Source: an uncultured Acidimicrobiaceae bacterium (GTDB taxonomy: Bacteria; Actinomycetota; Acidimicrobiia; Spongiisociales; UBA5794). Taken from it: DNA of 64,000 nt. The translations under genes and the position numbers were made by a program. The notes beneath the pieces were generated by a model that saw only the letters and a program-made list of their open reading frames with translations, did no database searches and was not told the DNA's origin. Within the stretch, counting starts at the first letter, position 1. Each line of letters starts with the position of its first letter. Where the stretch lies: assembly GCA_947259365.1 (NCBI GenBank), contig CAMYMC010000021.1:59034-123033 (forward strand). The letters run 5' to 3'. Below, one piece after another: positions 55,751 through 64,000 of the stretch.

Positions 55751-56896
55751 GTGAGCCTCGTCATCTTCCCCTTCAAACAGGAACGCCCCGACGTCCTCAT
55801 CGCGAACGTGCGGAAGGCGTCCCGGCACGCTCGCGTGTCGGAGGTACTCGGCATCGGCTACGAGAACGAGGAGACCTACCGCGCCCTCGAGACGGCGGCG
55901 CCCGCGATCGCGGGCGAGACCGGCGCCGAGATCAACCTCGCACTCCAGCGGCGCATCGGCAGCCTGCGGCCGGGGAAGGGCGATGCGATGAACACGGGAC
56001 TCGACTACTTCCTCGCGTCGTCCCACGACCGCCTCCACTTCTACGACGCCGACATCGTCAGCTTCGGTGAGGGCTGGATCGACAAGGCGGAGACCGCGGC
56101 AGACCGCGGCTACGACGTCGTCCGCCACTACTTCCCCCGGGCCCGGACCGACGCAATGATCACCTGGATGATCACGAGGACGGGGTTCTCTCTCCTGTGG
56201 CCGGACTCCGAACTCGTCCACATCGAGCAGCCCCTCGGGGGCGAACTGTTGCTCACCCGAGCGGCGGCGAAGGTCCTCGTCGACGAACCCCGGGTGCGGG
56301 CGCAGAGCGACTGGGGCATCGACACCGTCTACACGTTCGTCCTGACGAGAGCCGGGCTCCCGCTGGCCGAGGTCTACATCCCGGAGGGCAAGATCCACAA
56401 GCTCTACGGGGCGCTCTCCGACCTGAGGACGATGCTGAGGGAGTGCTTCGCCGCGGTGCAGAGCCTCCGTGGGCTCGACATCGGCTCCGGCTACGGCCAC
56501 GAGATCGAGCGCCCCGGCCCGGTGCCGGCAGCGGTGGCGAGCCAGAACGGCTACAACCTCGAGACCACGCTGCGGCTTCTCACCGAGAACTGGACCCAAG
56601 GCCAGGAGGAGTTGCTCGAGCTGTTTCCCGGCCACGTCCGGGACGGGTTGCTCGAAGCCCGGACCTACCCCCGCTTCGGGTACATGGACGACGAGACGTG
56701 GTACGAGTCCTATCGCATCCTGCTCGACCATTTCGATCCGGCCGGCGAAGACTGGGCCGAGCTCCTCTTCAAGCTCTGGGTCGCCCGGGTGCTGCATTAC
56801 ACCGCGAACGTCGCCCTGCGCGGATTCGACTTCTCCTCCCGCTACCTCCACGACATGGTGGTGGCCTACGCCAAGCGATCGGCACGGGCCGGCTGA
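55751..56896 (+). CDS. glucosyl-3-phosphoglycerate synthase-like retaining glycosyltransferase (GT81-like)
   Basis: RPGKGDAMNTGL and FYDADIVSF (DxD) correspond to the GpgS motifs RPGKGEALWRSL / FIDSDLI as I remember them. GT-A fold with C-terminal extension. Confidence 0.7.
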   Translation: MSLVIFPFKQERPDVLIANVRKASRHARVSEVLGIGYENEETYRALETAAPAIAGETGAEINLALQRRIGSLRPGKGDAMNTGLDYFLASSHDRLHFYDADIVSFGEGWIDKAETAADRGYDVVRHYFPRARTDAMITWMITRTGFSLLWPDSELVHIEQPLGGELLLTRAAAKVLVDEPRVRAQSDWGIDTVYTFVLTRAGLPLAEVYIPEGKIHKLYGALSDLRTMLRECFAAVQSLRGLDIGSGYGHEIERPGPVPAAVASQNGYNLETTLRLLTENWTQGQEELLELFPGHVRDGLLEARTYPRFGYMDDETWYESYRILLDHFDPAGEDWAELLFKLWVARVLHYTANVALRGFDFSSRYLHDMVVAYAKRSARAG

Positions 56897-56969
56897 GCAC
56901 GCCGGGCGAGCGCGCGACCTCACACGTCCGGCGGATCTTCGATATCCTCAAAGGACCTCCCCGCCCGGC

Positions 56970-58271
56970 GTGACGGAGGCGAGTGTGCGTATCGAGGTAC
57001 CGATCAACTCGGAGCGGTTGGGCGCCGTCCACCTCTTCGACACCGTCGATGTCTACGAGCTCGATTCCGGTCTCGAGAAGAGCGTGAGCGAGGTCGATCT
57101 CGGCTGGCACCAGGTCCGACACGTCCCGTTCGACGAGATCAACGAGATCGAGCGGCGGATGGCCATCGTCGTGCCCTGCAAGGACGAGCGGCTCAAGCTC
57201 CTCAAGGGCGTGCTCTCGGGCATCCCGCACGACTGTCTCGTCATCCTCGTCTCCAACAGCGCAGGGGTCCCGGTCGATCGTTTCGAGATGGAGCGGGAGG
57301 CGCTCGAGGCGTTCTGCCGTCTTCTCGACCGGAGCGCCATCATCGTCCACCAGCGTGACTCGGGTCTCGGTGCGGCGTTCGTCGAGGCGGGCATGCCCGA
57401 GCTCGTCGACGACGAGGGCAGGGTCCGTCACGGCAAGGGCGAGGGAATGATGGTGGGTGTGGCCCTCGCCAAGCTCACGGGCCGGGACATCGTCGGGTTC
57501 ATCGATGCCGACAACTACGTGCCCGGAGCCGTCCACGAGTACGTCAAGTCCTACGCCGCGGGATTCGCCGTCAGCCCGTCGCCTCACACCATGGTGCGGA
57601 TCTCCTGGAGCTCGAAGCCGAAGATCCAGGGCGGCGAGCTGTTCTTCAACCGCTGGGGCCGCACCTCACAGGTCACGAACCGGTTCCTCAACCTGCTGCT
57701 CTCCGAGATCACCGGGTTCGGGACCGAGATCATCACGACCGGCAACTCCGGCGAGCATGCGATCTGTCTCGACCTCGCCCTCCTCATGAACTTCGGGAGC
57801 GGCTTCTCGGTAGAGCCCTACGAGTACCTGAACCTCTTCGAGCTCTTCGGGGGGCTTGCGGAGTCGCCGCACCCAGAGGTCATGCGACAGGGGGTGCGGG
57901 TGTACCAGATCGAGACGCGCAACCCCCACTTCCACGAGGACAAGGGTGCCGATCACCTCCAGGAAATGCGGCTCCAGGCCCTCAATGCTCTCTACCAGTC
58001 GCCGATCTGCGGTCCGCGGACCCAAGAGGAGATCAGCGCATTCTTGGGAGGACAGGGGACGTCGCCGGCGGATGATGCGACCGCGGTCACCAGCTACCCG
58101 GCGCTCGCCAACCTCGATTGGAACCGGTTCCTGGAGCGCCTCGCCTCGGTACCGACGTTCGAGCAGTTCGAGTTCATCGAGTCGGCGCACGTCGTCACGC
58201 GCGCCCCGATCTCATTCCCCTCGGTGGAGGGGGATGATGAGGGCCATCGCCGGGAGGCGCGACCCGCTTGA
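56970..58271 (+). CDS. mpgS: mannosyl-3-phosphoglycerate synthase (GT55 family)
   Basis: VVPCKDERLKLLKGVLSGIPHDCLVILVSNS, RHGKGEGMMVGVALAKL, GFIDADNYVPGAVHEYVKSYAAGF and RNPHFHEDKG match archaeal/Thermus MpgS blocks as I recall them. GTG start could be 56970 or 56982. Confidence 0.8.
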   Translation: MTEASVRIEVPINSERLGAVHLFDTVDVYELDSGLEKSVSEVDLGWHQVRHVPFDEINEIERRMAIVVPCKDERLKLLKGVLSGIPHDCLVILVSNSAGVPVDRFEMEREALEAFCRLLDRSAIIVHQRDSGLGAAFVEAGMPELVDDEGRVRHGKGEGMMVGVALAKLTGRDIVGFIDADNYVPGAVHEYVKSYAAGFAVSPSPHTMVRISWSSKPKIQGGELFFNRWGRTSQVTNRFLNLLLSEITGFGTEIITTGNSGEHAICLDLALLMNFGSGFSVEPYEYLNLFELFGGLAESPHPEVMRQGVRVYQIETRNPHFHEDKGADHLQEMRLQALNALYQSPICGPRTQEEISAFLGGQGTSPADDATAVTSYPALANLDWNRFLERLASVPTFEQFEFIESAHVVTRAPISFPSVEGDDEGHRREARPA

Positions 58272-59071
58272 GCAGCGGCCGACCCGTACTCCTGTTCACC
58301 GACCTCGACGGGAGCCTGCTCGGGGAGCACGACTACCAGCCGGCAGAGGCCGCGTCCGCGGTCGCGGCACTGCGATCGAGCGGCGTCGGCGTCGTCTTCT
58401 GCTCGGCGAAGACGGAGACCGAACAACTGGCGATCCGCCACCGACTGGGGGTGACGGGGCCCTACATCGTCGAGAACGGGGGAGCCCTGCACGTCGATGG
58501 GAACACGACCCGCTTTGGCGTGTCGTATGCCCGGGTGTGCGCCGGCCTGGAGGACGCTGCACGGGCTGCGGGCGTCGTCGTGCGCGGGTACGCGTCGATG
58601 ACCGCGGATGAGGTGTCGGCCGTCACCGGGCTCGACCCGGATGCGGCGGGGAGGGCGAAAGACCGCCGCTATAGCGAGACGTTCGTCATCGAGGAGGGCT
58701 CGTCGTTCTCTCCTGCCGCCCTCGCTGCGGAGCTGCAGGCGCGAGGCCTCCGGCTCGTGCGGGGCTCCAGGTTCTGGACGGCCCAGGGCGACCACGACAA
58801 AGGAACCGCGGTGCGGGCCCTGCTCGATCTCTCCAGGGGCCAGGACGCTCCACGTACGTACGCAATCGGCGACGGGCCCAACGACGCCGCGATGCTGGCT
58901 GCGGTCGACGTGCCGATGCTCGTGAAGCGCCGAGACGGGACGTGGACCGACGTCGACGTCCCCGGCGTCGTGAAGATCGACGGGGTGGGACCGGCGGGCT
59001 GGGCCAAGGGTGCGGCCACCATCGTGCGTGCTCTCGGCCTCGTGAGCGGACCCCGTCAGATCCCCCGGTAG
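58268..59071 (+). CDS. mpgP: mannosyl-3-phosphoglycerate phosphatase (HAD-IIB, YedP family)
   Basis: HAD motif I (LLFTDLDGSLL), motif II (FCSAKT) and motif IV (IGDGPNDAAML). There is a 4-nt overlap with mpgS. Confidence 0.8.
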   Translation: MSSGRPVLLFTDLDGSLLGEHDYQPAEAASAVAALRSSGVGVVFCSAKTETEQLAIRHRLGVTGPYIVENGGALHVDGNTTRFGVSYARVCAGLEDAARAAGVVVRGYASMTADEVSAVTGLDPDAAGRAKDRRYSETFVIEEGSSFSPAALAAELQARGLRLVRGSRFWTAQGDHDKGTAVRALLDLSRGQDAPRTYAIGDGPNDAAMLAAVDVPMLVKRRDGTWTDVDVPGVVKIDGVGPAGWAKGAATIVRALGLVSGPRQIPR

Positions 59072-59224
59072 CGGCCACATCTCTGGCCCGGTCCGACGGT
59101 CGAGTCGCCGGATCGGGCGACGACGGACGCTCGTGCCGGCCCGTCCGGGCGCCGCGGCTGAACGCGTGCTCTGAGGCGGGGCGTTGTCCGGGACCGGCAG
59201 ATTCGCAGGCCTGTCCGGCCTCGA

Positions 59225-60028
59225 TCAGACGGCGCGTCGATACGCCCGCACCGCCAGCGGGACGAACACGAGGAGGAGGACGAGGATCCACAGGCCGGCC
59301 TGCCACAGGCGTGGCGTGAGCGTGGTTCCGAGGATGAGCGCCCGGATGGCGTCGACGATGATGGTGATGGGGTTGACCTTGGCGAACGCCTGTAGCCAAC
59401 CGGGAAAGCCGGAGATCGGCACGAACGCGGAGCTGGCGAACGTGAGCGGGAAGACCCAGACGAACGTCGCCGCCTGGGCGCTCTCGACGTCGCGCACGGA
59501 CAGCCCGATGGCAGCTGAGATCCAGCTGAACGCAAAGCCGAACGCGACCGCGAGCAGCAAGGCACCGAGCGCATTGATCGGCCCGGCCTGGAAGCGAAAG
59601 CCGACGATGTACCCGACGACGGTCATGAGCACGACGACGAAGGCATTGCGGGCGCCGTCGGAGAGCGTCCTCCCGACGAGCACCGCAGACCGGCTCATCG
59701 GCAACGAGCGGAATCGGTCGACGAGGCCCTTGTTCATGTCCTCGGCGAGGCCCACCCCCGTCTGGGTGGAGCCGAAGACGGCTGTCTGGGCGAAGATCCC
59801 CGCCATGAGGAAGTTCGTGTAGTTGACGCCCGGGACGTTGATCGCGCCGCCGAAGACGTAGACGAACAACAGGACGAACATCACGGGCTGGATCGTCGAG
59901 AAGACGAGCAGCGTGGGAACCCTCGTGTATTTGAGCAGGTTTCGCCTCGTCATCACGAAGGCATCCGATGCCAGCCGGCCCCTCGGGCGCAGAGCCGGCT
60001 GCGTCGTCGTTTCCGTGCCTGCCGTCAT
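59225..60028 (-). CDS. ABC-2 type transporter permease
   Basis: Six TM helices and an ABC2_membrane-like layout. Overlaps the ATPase stop. Confidence 0.85.
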   Translation of the reverse strand: MTAGTETTTQPALRPRGRLASDAFVMTRRNLLKYTRVPTLLVFSTIQPVMFVLLFVYVFGGAINVPGVNYTNFLMAGIFAQTAVFGSTQTGVGLAEDMNKGLVDRFRSLPMSRSAVLVGRTLSDGARNAFVVVLMTVVGYIVGFRFQAGPINALGALLLAVAFGFAFSWISAAIGLSVRDVESAQAATFVWVFPLTFASSAFVPISGFPGWLQAFAKVNPITIIVDAIRALILGTTLTPRLWQAGLWILVLLLVFVPLAVRAYRRAV

Positions 60029-61014
60029 GTCGTCCTCCGTCCTGGTCGGCCACGGTCGGGTACCGGCGGCTCCTCCGTGTCGACGCTGGTGCCGGTGAGG
60101 GTGAGGAACACGTCGTCGAGCGTGGGTCTGCGGATCGCGAGATCGCGAAGCCGGATCCCGGCCGAGTCGAGCCGGCGCACCGTCTCGGTGATGACACCGA
60201 CGGGGCTGGAGACGGGGATCCGCACTCGGCCCTCGACCTCGTCGATGCGGGGTGGTTCGGTTCCAACACCGCTCACAGCGTCGGCCGCCGCACCGACCTG
60301 GGCATGATCGGCGACCTCGAGTTCGATGACGTCGCCGCCGATCCGCTCCTTGAGTTCATCTGCGGTCCCTTCTGCGATCACCCGGCCTCTGTCGATCACG
60401 CCGATGCGATCGGCGAGCCGGTCGGCTTCCTCGAGGTACTGGGTCGTCAGCAGCAGCGTGGTACCGCCGTCCACGAGGCCTTCGATGAACTCCCACAGGC
60501 CGATGCGGCTCCGGATGTCGAGACCGGTTGTGGGTTCGTCGAGGAAGAGCACCTCGGGCTCGGCGACGAGGCTGGCGGCGAGGTCGAGGCGTCTTCGCAT
60601 CCCTCCGGAGTAGGTGCGGACTTGGCGGTTGGCGGCGTCGCTGAGCCCGAAACGATCGAGAATGTCCCCGGCGCGACGTCTCGCCTGGGCGGCGCGCAAC
60701 CCGTAGAGCCGGCCGACCATCTCGAGGTTCTCGAATCCGGTGAGGATGTCGTCGACGGCTGCGTACTGGCCGGCAAGGCCGATGGCCGCGCGGAGCTGAG
60801 CGGCGTCGCGTACCACGTCGAAGCCGGCCACGCGTGCTCGTCCACGGTCCGGTTTCAGCAGCGTGGTGAGGATGCGCACCGCCGTGGTCTTGCCGGCCCC
60901 GTTTGGCCCGAGCAGCCCGTAGACGGTGCCGGCTTCGACCTCGAGATCGATGCCGTCGAGGGCGCAGACGTCGCCGAATTGCTTGGCCAGGCGCGACACT
61001 TCGATGATGGGCAC
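60025..61014 (-). CDS. ABC transporter ATP-binding protein (DrrA-like)
   Basis: Walker [10 protein letters not shown], signature YSGGMRRRL and Walker [12 protein letters not shown], plus a C-terminal extension. Confidence 0.85.
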   Translation of the reverse strand: MPIIEVSRLAKQFGDVCALDGIDLEVEAGTVYGLLGPNGAGKTTAVRILTTLLKPDRGRARVAGFDVVRDAAQLRAAIGLAGQYAAVDDILTGFENLEMVGRLYGLRAAQARRRAGDILDRFGLSDAANRQVRTYSGGMRRRLDLAASLVAEPEVLFLDEPTTGLDIRSRIGLWEFIEGLVDGGTTLLLTTQYLEEADRLADRIGVIDRGRVIAEGTADELKERIGGDVIELEVADHAQVGAAADAVSGVGTEPPRIDEVEGRVRIPVSSPVGVITETVRRLDSAGIRLRDLAIRRPTLDDVFLTLTGTSVDTEEPPVPDRGRPGRRTT

Positions 61015-61127
61015 GAGTTGCTCCGGGGAGACGAGGGCGGCAGGTTAGGGCAGTCGTGAGGCGCGGCGGGCGGTGGGCCCATCGCCGAACCCGACGTATG
61101 CTCGGGCCGACCCGACGGAGCGCAATC

Positions 61128-62561
61128 ATGTCTCGCTGGTACGTTGCTGCGGCATTCGCCCTCGTCGCCGGCGCTTGCGCCGGGGACGAGCTTCCGGCGC
61201 TCGACCCCGACGCCGACGGGGCGCTCGTCCCGCCACCGGTCGCAGCTCCGGCGCGCAATCAGGTGGGGTTCGCGTTCCCCGATCCTCCGCCGGCACCGGA
61301 AGGCCCGCTCGAACCCTCGCTCGCCGCCGACCTCGACACGTTCTTTTCGCAGGTGGCGGTGAACCTGGACATCGCGGCGCTGCGGCGGATCGGAGCGTCC
61401 GGTGACCCCCGGGTGGCGTGGCTGTTGTCGGATCTCCTCCGGTTTCTCGCCCCCGGACCGGTCCGCGAGCTCGCCATCGAAGGCTTCGAGCAGCTCACCG
61501 GAGCCGACCTCGCGGAAGACCCGGTGGCGGCGCGCAGCACGTGGCAGTCCCTCACCGACCACCTCATCGCATGGGACCTCCCCGAGCCGCCCGGCTACCT
61601 GAGGTGGAAGGCCATGCTCTTCACGGTCGTCGAGCCGCGCTGGGCGCCGTTCTTCGAGGATGAGAGCGCAGCCATCGACTGGCGCCACCTCTCCTGGGGC
61701 GGGGTCCTCATCGACGACCGGCCTCTCGGCGACACCGAACCGTGCGAGCGCGGCTGCATCCCCGCGCTCGACGACCCGGTGGTGACGCCGGCGGCGGACG
61801 GAGGGTGGTATCCGGACGACGCCGTCGTTTTCGGGGTCACCGTCGGTGATGAGTCGAGGGCGTATCCGAAGAACATCATGGAGGTCCACGAGATGGTGAA
61901 CGACACGCTGGGGAACCGCCGTCTCGGGATCCCCTACTGCACCCTGTGCGGCTCGGCCCAGGCGTACTTCACCGATTCGGTCTCCGGGGCGCCGGAGCCG
62001 TCGGTGTTGCGGACCTCCGGTTTGCTGTCGCGTTCGAACAAGGTGATGTTCGACCTCGCGACGTTCTCGGTGTTCGACACCTTCACTGGCCGGGCGCTGT
62101 CGGGCCCGCTCCACGACGCTGAGGCCGTACTCGACCAGACGACGGTCGTCACCTCCACCTGGGGTGAGTGGAAACTCGCCCATCCGGAGACGACGATCGT
62201 TGCGGAGGACGGCGGGATCGGCAGGAGCTACTCACCCGACCCGCTGCGCGGGCGTGACGACGACGGACCGATCTTCCCCATCGGCGACGTCGACGACCGC
62301 CTTCCTGTCCAAGAGCAGGTGCTCGGCGTCGCCGCGGCCGATGGGACGCCGGTTGCGTTCCCGGTTGCGGCCGCGGTTGCCGAGCTCGAGGCGGGGGGCA
62401 CGGTCCAGCTCCTCGGGGTCAGGGTGGTCGCCGATGGCTCCGGGATCCGGGCAGAGTCGGCTGACGGGACCGAGGTCGTCGCCCACCAGGCCTTCTGGTT
62501 CGCGTGGAGCCAGTTCCACCCCGACACCGTCGTGTGGGCCGCCGCCCCGGGAGGCGGCTGA
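61128..62561 (+). CDS. DUF3179 domain lipoprotein
   Basis: Lipobox LVAGACAGD. Core YPKNIMEVHEMVNDTLGNRRLGIPYCTLCGSA parallels the 18291..19514 paralogue. Confidence 0.75.
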   Translation: MSRWYVAAAFALVAGACAGDELPALDPDADGALVPPPVAAPARNQVGFAFPDPPPAPEGPLEPSLAADLDTFFSQVAVNLDIAALRRIGASGDPRVAWLLSDLLRFLAPGPVRELAIEGFEQLTGADLAEDPVAARSTWQSLTDHLIAWDLPEPPGYLRWKAMLFTVVEPRWAPFFEDESAAIDWRHLSWGGVLIDDRPLGDTEPCERGCIPALDDPVVTPAADGGWYPDDAVVFGVTVGDESRAYPKNIMEVHEMVNDTLGNRRLGIPYCTLCGSAQAYFTDSVSGAPEPSVLRTSGLLSRSNKVMFDLATFSVFDTFTGRALSGPLHDAEAVLDQTTVVTSTWGEWKLAHPETTIVAEDGGIGRSYSPDPLRGRDDDGPIFPIGDVDDRLPVQEQVLGVAAADGTPVAFPVAAAVAELEAGGTVQLLGVRVVADGSGIRAESADGTEVVAHQAFWFAWSQFHPDTVVWAAAPGGG

Positions 62562-62625
62562 CGCGCTGCGGCCAGTTACCGGGTGGAAGACCTGTCGGTG
62601 CCCGCCGCCCGTCGCGACGCCCGGA

Positions 62626-63234
62626 TCAAGGCACGTACTGCTCGTGGAGTTCCACGACGGCGCCGCCGTCGATCGTCAGCCACACCCCGGGCTGGTAACC
62701 CCGGGTGTCCCGCACGTCGAGCCAGTCTCCGTAGGTGATGGTCTGCTCCGTCGCCGGATCACCCGGATTGGGAAGCCACGTGACGCTGGCTCCCGGCGCC
62801 ACACCGAGGCTGCGGGCGGCGTCGTTGACGTTGCGCACGTAGAAGTCGTTCGGCGGCGGGGACTCCTCGCCGTCGTCCGTGGCGGCGCGGGCTGCAGCCT
62901 CACCGGTGAACCAGCAGGCGAGGTCGAACCTCACCTCGCCGGCTGCTGCAGCGTCGACGTAGCCGAACCACTCGCCTGCGGGGAGGGCGGCCGCCGTGCC
63001 GGGGGTGCACCCGGAACCGGCGGCGAGGGAGCTGACGTCGGGGCTCGTCGTCGCACGGGCGGTGGTGACGGGTGTCGTGGTCACGGTGGCTGCTGTGGTG
63101 CCGGTGGTGTCGGGCGCGGCCGTCGTGGGGGTGGGGGAGGTGTCGTCCGATCCGCATGCCGAGGCGGCAAGCGTCAGGACCGCCACGAGGACTGCGGCGG
63201 TTGCCGTCCGGCGCCCCGGTGGGTTCGTGGTCAT
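62626..63234 (-). CDS. hypothetical lipoprotein
   Basis: ATG 63234. Lipobox LTLAASACGS. Thr/Pro-rich linker then a globular domain. Confidence 0.55.
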   Translation of the reverse strand: MTTNPPGRRTATAAVLVAVLTLAASACGSDDTSPTPTTAAPDTTGTTAATVTTTPVTTARATTSPDVSSLAAGSGCTPGTAAALPAGEWFGYVDAAAAGEVRFDLACWFTGEAAARAATDDGEESPPPNDFYVRNVNDAARSLGVAPGASVTWLPNPGDPATEQTITYGDWLDVRDTRGYQPGVWLTIDGGAVVELHEQYVP

Positions 63235-63433
63235 CGATGGTCTCCTCGATCGTGCCGGAGGCTCCTGCGCCCGGCTGTGCGGGCATGGCGACGTGGTGGG
63301 TGCTCCGGCTGTGGTCCCGTCCACCGTATCGCCGCGTAGTTATCGCGTCGTCGGCCTCGAGGGTGATCGCGGCGTCATCCTGAAGGACGAATCGCGCCCC
63401 GGCGTCGCCGACGCGCAGAGGACGCCGACCGGC

Positions 63434-64000
63434 TCAGCAGTCGCCGTCGACGGCGCAGACGAGGCCCTCGATCGCGGTCGGGTAGGCGTCGGTGAGCCAG
63501 CGGGTGAGCGCCGGCTCGAGGTCGGCGTAGGGGAGGAACCCCCGGGTCACCATGACGAATCCGTCCTCGGTGCGCAAGACGAGGGCGGGGAAGCCTTCGA
63601 TGCCGAGGCGCCGCGCCTCGCCGAAGTCGCGCCAGGCGGCGTCGCGAGACGCGTCGGTCTCGAGCCGGTCCATGAAGGTGCCGGCGTCGACGGGGAAGCC
63701 CTCGACAAGGGGCGGGTACGCCGAGGGATCGGTGACGTCGACCCGCTCGGCGTAGAACGCCCGCTGGAGCCGGGTGAAGAACGGCAGCGTCTCGTCGGGC
63801 GACACCTCCCGCATCGTGACGACGGCCCGTGCCGGCAGCTCGGTGTCGTACACCCAGTCGTCGCGATCGAGGCCGGCCTGATCGAACGGCTGGCCGGAGC
63901 GGGCCGCAACCTGCTCCCAGTGGTGGATGAGGTAGCGCCGCATGCGGGCGGTGAGCGGTTCGGCGCTCGGCCCGGGACGGAGCCCTCCGACGACGGTGCG
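63434..64000 (-). CDS. DsbA-like thioredoxin-fold protein (N-terminus beyond the window end)
   Basis: The frame stays open upstream of the listed Met to the window edge. The C-terminal part resembles DsbA/FrnE-family oxidoreductases. No CxxC is seen in the window, which is consistent with truncation. Confidence 0.45.
   Translation of the reverse strand, partial: RTVVGGLRPGPSAEPLTARMRRYLIHHWEQVAARSGQPFDQAGLDRDDWVYDTELPARAVVTMREVSPDETLPFFTRLQRAFYAERVDVTDPSAYPPLVEGFPVDAGTFMDRLETDASRDAAWRDFGEARRLGIEGFPALVLRTEDGFVMVTRGFLPYADLEPALTRWLTDAYPTAIEGLVCAVDGDC

Overview
This is a high-GC (roughly 70%) chromosomal segment that looks Actinomycetota-like, with about 65 densely packed protein-coding genes on both strands. 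I saw no rRNA, tRNA, CRISPR array, transposase or integrase. Gene calls rest on my reading of the six-frame track plus my own reverse-complement translation. Several long ORFs in the track are antisense or arginine-rich artefacts of the GC content and were trimmed or rejected. Start codons are often uncertain because GTG and TTG starts are common.

Content in window order:
- A 2-oxoacid dehydrogenase E1 gene with alpha and beta parts in one frame (truncated at the window start), followed by hisC.
- An Lrp/AsnC regulator, an FKBP-type lipoprotein and a HAD dehalogenase.
- An MmyB-like XRE regulator paired with a small molybdopterin-fold protein.
- glgB, a PlsC-family acyltransferase and tam coupled to a restriction-endonuclease-fold/zinc-ribbon protein.
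- A class-V aminotransferase.
- An ECF sigma factor whose stop overlaps a permuted Ogt–Ada zinc-domain gene.
- A flavodoxin.
- Two DUF3179 lipoprotein paralogues.
- An SLH-domain protein.
- An LLM/F420-type oxidoreductase next to a ubiD–ubiX pair.
- An adenosine deaminase.
- A lipoprotein serpin.
- A seamless in-frame SerA(ACT)–DUF1015 fusion.
- An MBL hydrolase, fdhD, two tandem SDRs and metY coupled to an alpha/beta hydrolase.
- A four-gene sensor kinase / response regulator / MacB-type ABC module.
- A compositionally distinct (lower GC3) carbohydrate ABC importer island (binding protein, two permeases and a signal-anchored parallel beta-helix protein) with a native-GC ATPase upstream and a LacI regulator downstream.
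- A three-gene glycosylglycerate (compatible-solute) cluster with a GT81 GpgS-like enzyme, a GT55 MpgS and an MpgP phosphatase, preceded by a perfect stem-loop.
- An ABC-2 exporter pair and a DsbA-like gene truncated at the window end.

The most unusual items are the sigma/Ogt–Ada-zinc pairing, the SerA–DUF1015 fusion, the tandem GT81+GT55 glycosylglycerate cluster, the bacterial serpin and the low-GC sugar-uptake island.
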